Positions 52,330 through 55,213 of a DNA stretch of 55,213 nucleotides are shown here, one piece after another; the stretch's first letter is position 1, and every line of letters begins with the position of its first letter. Location of the stretch: contig WALL01000009.1 in assembly GCA_015522845.1 (NCBI GenBank), positions 1-55,213 of the forward strand, written 5' to 3'. A program made the position numbers and the translations under genes. This DNA is from Nanobdellati archaeon. GTDB taxonomy: Archaea > B1Sed10-29 > WALL01. The notes beneath the pieces were generated by a model. The model saw nothing but the letters and a program-made list of their open reading frames with translations. It did no database searches and was not told the origin of the DNA.

Positions 52330-53597
52330 TGGCAGAGATAAGGAAGATTATAACCGCTGAGCAGAAGCGGAAGAAGGAAGCAGAGGAGCAGGAGAAGAGG
52401 CTTGGCCGCATAAAGGTCGAGGAGCTCCCCTCAAGGGGATATTCACATGCCCGCGTTGACGAGATAGTTGCCCGCATGAAGCAGCGCTATGAGCTGAGGG
52501 GGTATGGCAAGAAGGAAGGCAAGGGCGCAGAGCTAAAGCGGAAAGTCCTTGGTGCGCGGGCATTGAAGCTTGACCAGCGCGAGGCGGGAGAGCTCATCCA
52601 TTCAAAGGGGTTTGCAAGGCTTGTTGGCACATTATATTCCTATTTTCCTTTCCTAAATGCGCTTACAAAGAGGGTTTCCTCATACTCAATTGCAAAGCGC
52701 ATCCCCTACGACCTTGAAAAGGCAAATATGGACTATAGCGCTAACCAGTATGTAAGCATGGCTGTTGTTGCCTCAATAGCCAGCGGGCTAGTTGTGGCAC
52801 TTACCACACTTGCCCTTGTGCTAACCACCTTTTCCAAGCCGCTGGCTGACATGGCGGCTAAGATGTCAACGACGAACGGGCCGCTGATATCCTCGGTTGT
52901 GCTTGAGGGGATTAGCTCCTCGCTTGTTGCATCGGCCATACAATACTTCCTGGCATTTGCCCTCGTGTTCCTCATTACTTTTGTTGTCTCCGTGATGGTG
53001 CTTCTTATAACTTTCCAGTACCCGCCAAGCAAGGCAAAGCAGCGCGGCAAGGCAATTGACAAGGAGCTGCCCTTTGCCCTTAGGCATATGGCAACTGAAG
53101 TTAAGGCAGGGGTAGGCATCCATAGGACAATGAAGAGCATTGTTGAGGCAGGCTATGGGGAGCTAAGCGTTGAGTTTAACCGCACCATCCGGGAGATAGA
53201 GAAAGGCACAAGCACAAGCGACGCGCTTATTGAGATGAGCGAGCGAGCGCCATCTGAGAACCTCAGCCGGGCAGTGATGCACATGGTCCGCACGCTGAAT
53301 ACCGGAGGCAACCTTTCGGAGATAATCGAGACAATTGCAGGTGAGGTTTCGTTTGAGCTGCGCATGAAGATGCGCGACTTTGTTGAGAGGCTAAATCTTG
53401 TTGGCTTGTTCTACATGATGGTTGGCATAGTTGGGCCCGTCTTCATTGCAATCCTCGCCGGGATATTTAATGCAATCCCAACAATTGGGCTTACCGGGAT
53501 ACTTGGCACACAGGCGCTTTTCCTTATATATTTTGTCCTTATCCCATTGGCCCTTTCGCTCATACTTTACATAATCAAGGTAATGCAGCCGATGTGA
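52329..53597 (+). CDS. type IV pilus membrane platform protein (PilC/TadC, T2SSF)
   Basis: IDKELPFALRHM..YGELSVEF..GGNLSE plus TM helices. Confidence 0.92.
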   Translation: MAEIRKIITAEQKRKKEAEEQEKRLGRIKVEELPSRGYSHARVDEIVARMKQRYELRGYGKKEGKGAELKRKVLGARALKLDQREAGELIHSKGFARLVGTLYSYFPFLNALTKRVSSYSIAKRIPYDLEKANMDYSANQYVSMAVVASIASGLVVALTTLALVLTTFSKPLADMAAKMSTTNGPLISSVVLEGISSSLVASAIQYFLAFALVFLITFVVSVMVLLITFQYPPSKAKQRGKAIDKELPFALRHMATEVKAGVGIHRTMKSIVEAGYGELSVEFNRTIREIEKGTSTSDALIEMSERAPSENLSRAVMHMVRTLNTGGNLSEIIETIAGEVSFELRMKMRDFVERLNLVGLFYMMVGIVGPVFIAILAGIFNAIPTIGLTGILGTQALFLIYFVLIPLALSLILYIIKVMQPM

Positions 53598-53598
53598 T

Positions 53599-54459
53599 AT
53601 GGAGCTATATACAAGCTACAAGAATGCCGTCAAGTATGTGAACCCCTCGCTGGAGGCGGACTTTGTCATAGGCCTTGCCATGTTCCTTTCCGCCATATTC
53701 CTTGTCTATGCTGGCTTCTTCATTGACCTTGTATTTGGCGGCCTGCTTGCGGTCCTTACTTTTGACATTGCGCTTGGCTACCCCCTCTTCATACGCAGCA
53801 AGCGCATTGCCGAGATAGAGGATACCCTGCCGGATGTCCTTTCAAACATGTCTACGAGCCTGCGCGCTGGCGCAACGGTCGAGTCAGCGCTTAAGGAGGT
53901 TGCGGAAGCTGGCTACGGGCCAATAAGCATGGACCTGCGCACAATGCTCCGTGAGATAAACGAGGGCAAGACCTTTGAGGAGGCGTTCATTGAGTTTGGG
54001 AAGCGCACCGAGTCAAGGATTGTCCAGCGCAGCATCAACGTCATCGTATCCGCCAAGCGCACGGGCGGCGGGCTTGTCGAGGCACTCTCAAGCATAGCGG
54101 ATGACATGCGCCAGAACCTTCGTATCCAGAAGGAGAGGAGGGCGAAGACCATGGTGCAAGTGCTTTTCATAATCATTGCAGCCAATTTTGTTGCGCCATT
54201 CATATTTGGGCTTGTGGCAGGCATAATGCTCTTCCTTGGCAGCATATCCTCAAATGCGTCGCCAGCCCTCTTTGGCACGCTGATATTCTATTTCAAGGGC
54301 TACCTCATCGTGTCCGCGCTCTTCTCCTCGCTTGCTGCCTCGCTCATCCGTGAGGGAAACGCCACGAAGACCGTCATATATGCGCCCCTTCTGCTTTTAG
54401 TGTCTTACGTGATATTCATTGCCGTGCACTACTTTGCGGGCATCTTCTTTGCAGTGTGA
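53599..54459 (+). CDS. second T2SSF/TadC-like membrane protein
   Basis: IEDTLPDVL..YGPIS..GGGLVEAL plus TM helices. Confidence 0.92.
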   Translation: MELYTSYKNAVKYVNPSLEADFVIGLAMFLSAIFLVYAGFFIDLVFGGLLAVLTFDIALGYPLFIRSKRIAEIEDTLPDVLSNMSTSLRAGATVESALKEVAEAGYGPISMDLRTMLREINEGKTFEEAFIEFGKRTESRIVQRSINVIVSAKRTGGGLVEALSSIADDMRQNLRIQKERRAKTMVQVLFIIIAANFVAPFIFGLVAGIMLFLGSISSNASPALFGTLIFYFKGYLIVSALFSSLAASLIREGNATKTVIYAPLLLLVSYVIFIAVHYFAGIFFAV

Positions 54460-54510
54460 GCGCAACGTTTATAAATGCCTAGCTATTAACGCTATTTGGA
54501 GGCAACTCTT

Positions 54511-54855
54511 ATGGAAAAAGGACAAGGCTCTCTTGAATATTTATTGATACTTGCAGCAATACTCGCAATCGCAGTCGTCGTTGTCGTGGTGGCGAACTCG
54601 ATGCTCCAGGCGCCCCAGTCGCAGTCCAAGCTGCAGCAGGACAAGTACGCTTGCAGCCTGCAGGGGATTGAGCTTGTTGGCTACACAGAGATAGGGACCG
54701 TGAGCACCCTCAACTATGGCGGGAACCCCTGCGAAAAAAAGACTAACTCCATCGGCGGTGTCGTAGCTAGCTGCCAGTTGGGGGATGGTTCGACAGTCTA
54801 TGTGAACACAACCGCAAGCGGCTGTTCCTTTAACGTAACATCGTCGTCGCCTTAG
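54511..54855 (+). CDS. type IV pilin (class III signal peptide), probable major pilin
   Basis: MEKGQGSLEYLLILAAIL; own TTTATAAA box and GGAGG SD. Confidence 0.9.
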   Translation: MEKGQGSLEYLLILAAILAIAVVVVVVANSMLQAPQSQSKLQQDKYACSLQGIELVGYTEIGTVSTLNYGGNPCEKKTNSIGGVVASCQLGDGSTVYVNTTASGCSFNVTSSSP

Positions 54856-54927
54856 GGGCCCTTAACCCCTTTTTTTTACTCCCGCCCAGCCACAGCATTT
54901 TTATACCCCCCTTCCCTTTATCCATTG

Positions 54928-55110
54928 ATGAGACTCCCCCGCGGGCAAAGGGCACAGACCAGCTTGGAATACCTTTATCTCACAGCCTTTGTCATAGGTC
55001 TTGCCGCAATCACGGCCATGCTAGTGACCGATGTCCTGCACATACAGGAGCAGGCAAAGGCACGCGTTGCTGAGATACGCGACCGCCTAATTGACAAGCT
55101 TACGCAGTGA
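54928..55110 (+). CDS. small pilin-like protein
   Basis: RAQTSLEYLYL prepilin motif. Confidence 0.8.
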   Translation: MRLPRGQRAQTSLEYLYLTAFVIGLAAITAMLVTDVLHIQEQAKARVAEIRDRLIDKLTQ

Positions 55111-55114
55111 TCCC

Positions 55115-55213
55115 ATGCTTAACACGATTGCTGCGCTAGCCGGGCTTGCATACGCATCCTATACCGACCTTAAGGAGACAATAGTGCCTGACTGGCTGAA
55201 CTACCTCCTCATC
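55115..55213 (+). CDS. prepilin peptidase (A24), 5' part only
   Basis: MLNTIAALAGLAYASYTDLKETIVPDWLN contains the A24 first-Asp motif; runs off the window. Confidence 0.75.
   Translation, partial: MLNTIAALAGLAYASYTDLKETIVPDWLNYLLI

Overview
Archaeal chromosomal segment. TFE, class I LysRS, class I CCA enzyme, Trm56, EF-1beta, a BHB tRNA intron and class III signal peptides mark it as archaeal; the compact layout suggests a DPANN-type lineage, which is inference. In order: (1) four type IV pilin-like genes; (2) a ~15 kb signalling region with seven single-domain KaiC/RAD55-like ATPases, two V4R proteins (one with a TBP-like N-terminus), an AbrB-like protein, a stand-alone membrane sensor, a PAS-PAS protein, a histidine kinase, a receiver and a FIST protein, with a LeuA/homocitrate-synthase-like gene and a UbiA prenyltransferase embedded in it; (3) housekeeping genes (serS, lysS, idsA, trm56, tfe, pcm, rad50, ef1b, ribL, asnS, cca, thpR, elp3, thrS) and six tRNAs; (4) an anaerobic RNR locus in which NrdD is split from a 52-aa glycyl-radical peptide and is flanked by degenerate NrdG and NrdD paralogs; (5) a type IV pilus assembly operon. 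A family of 45-130 bp intergenic elements (TTTCCG..CGCTTTT...TARCAGAAAAGGG) recurs across the window. In four places it sits between a gene's 3' end and an exact 16-29 bp copy of that 3' end. All calls come from reading motifs by eye; no searches were run.
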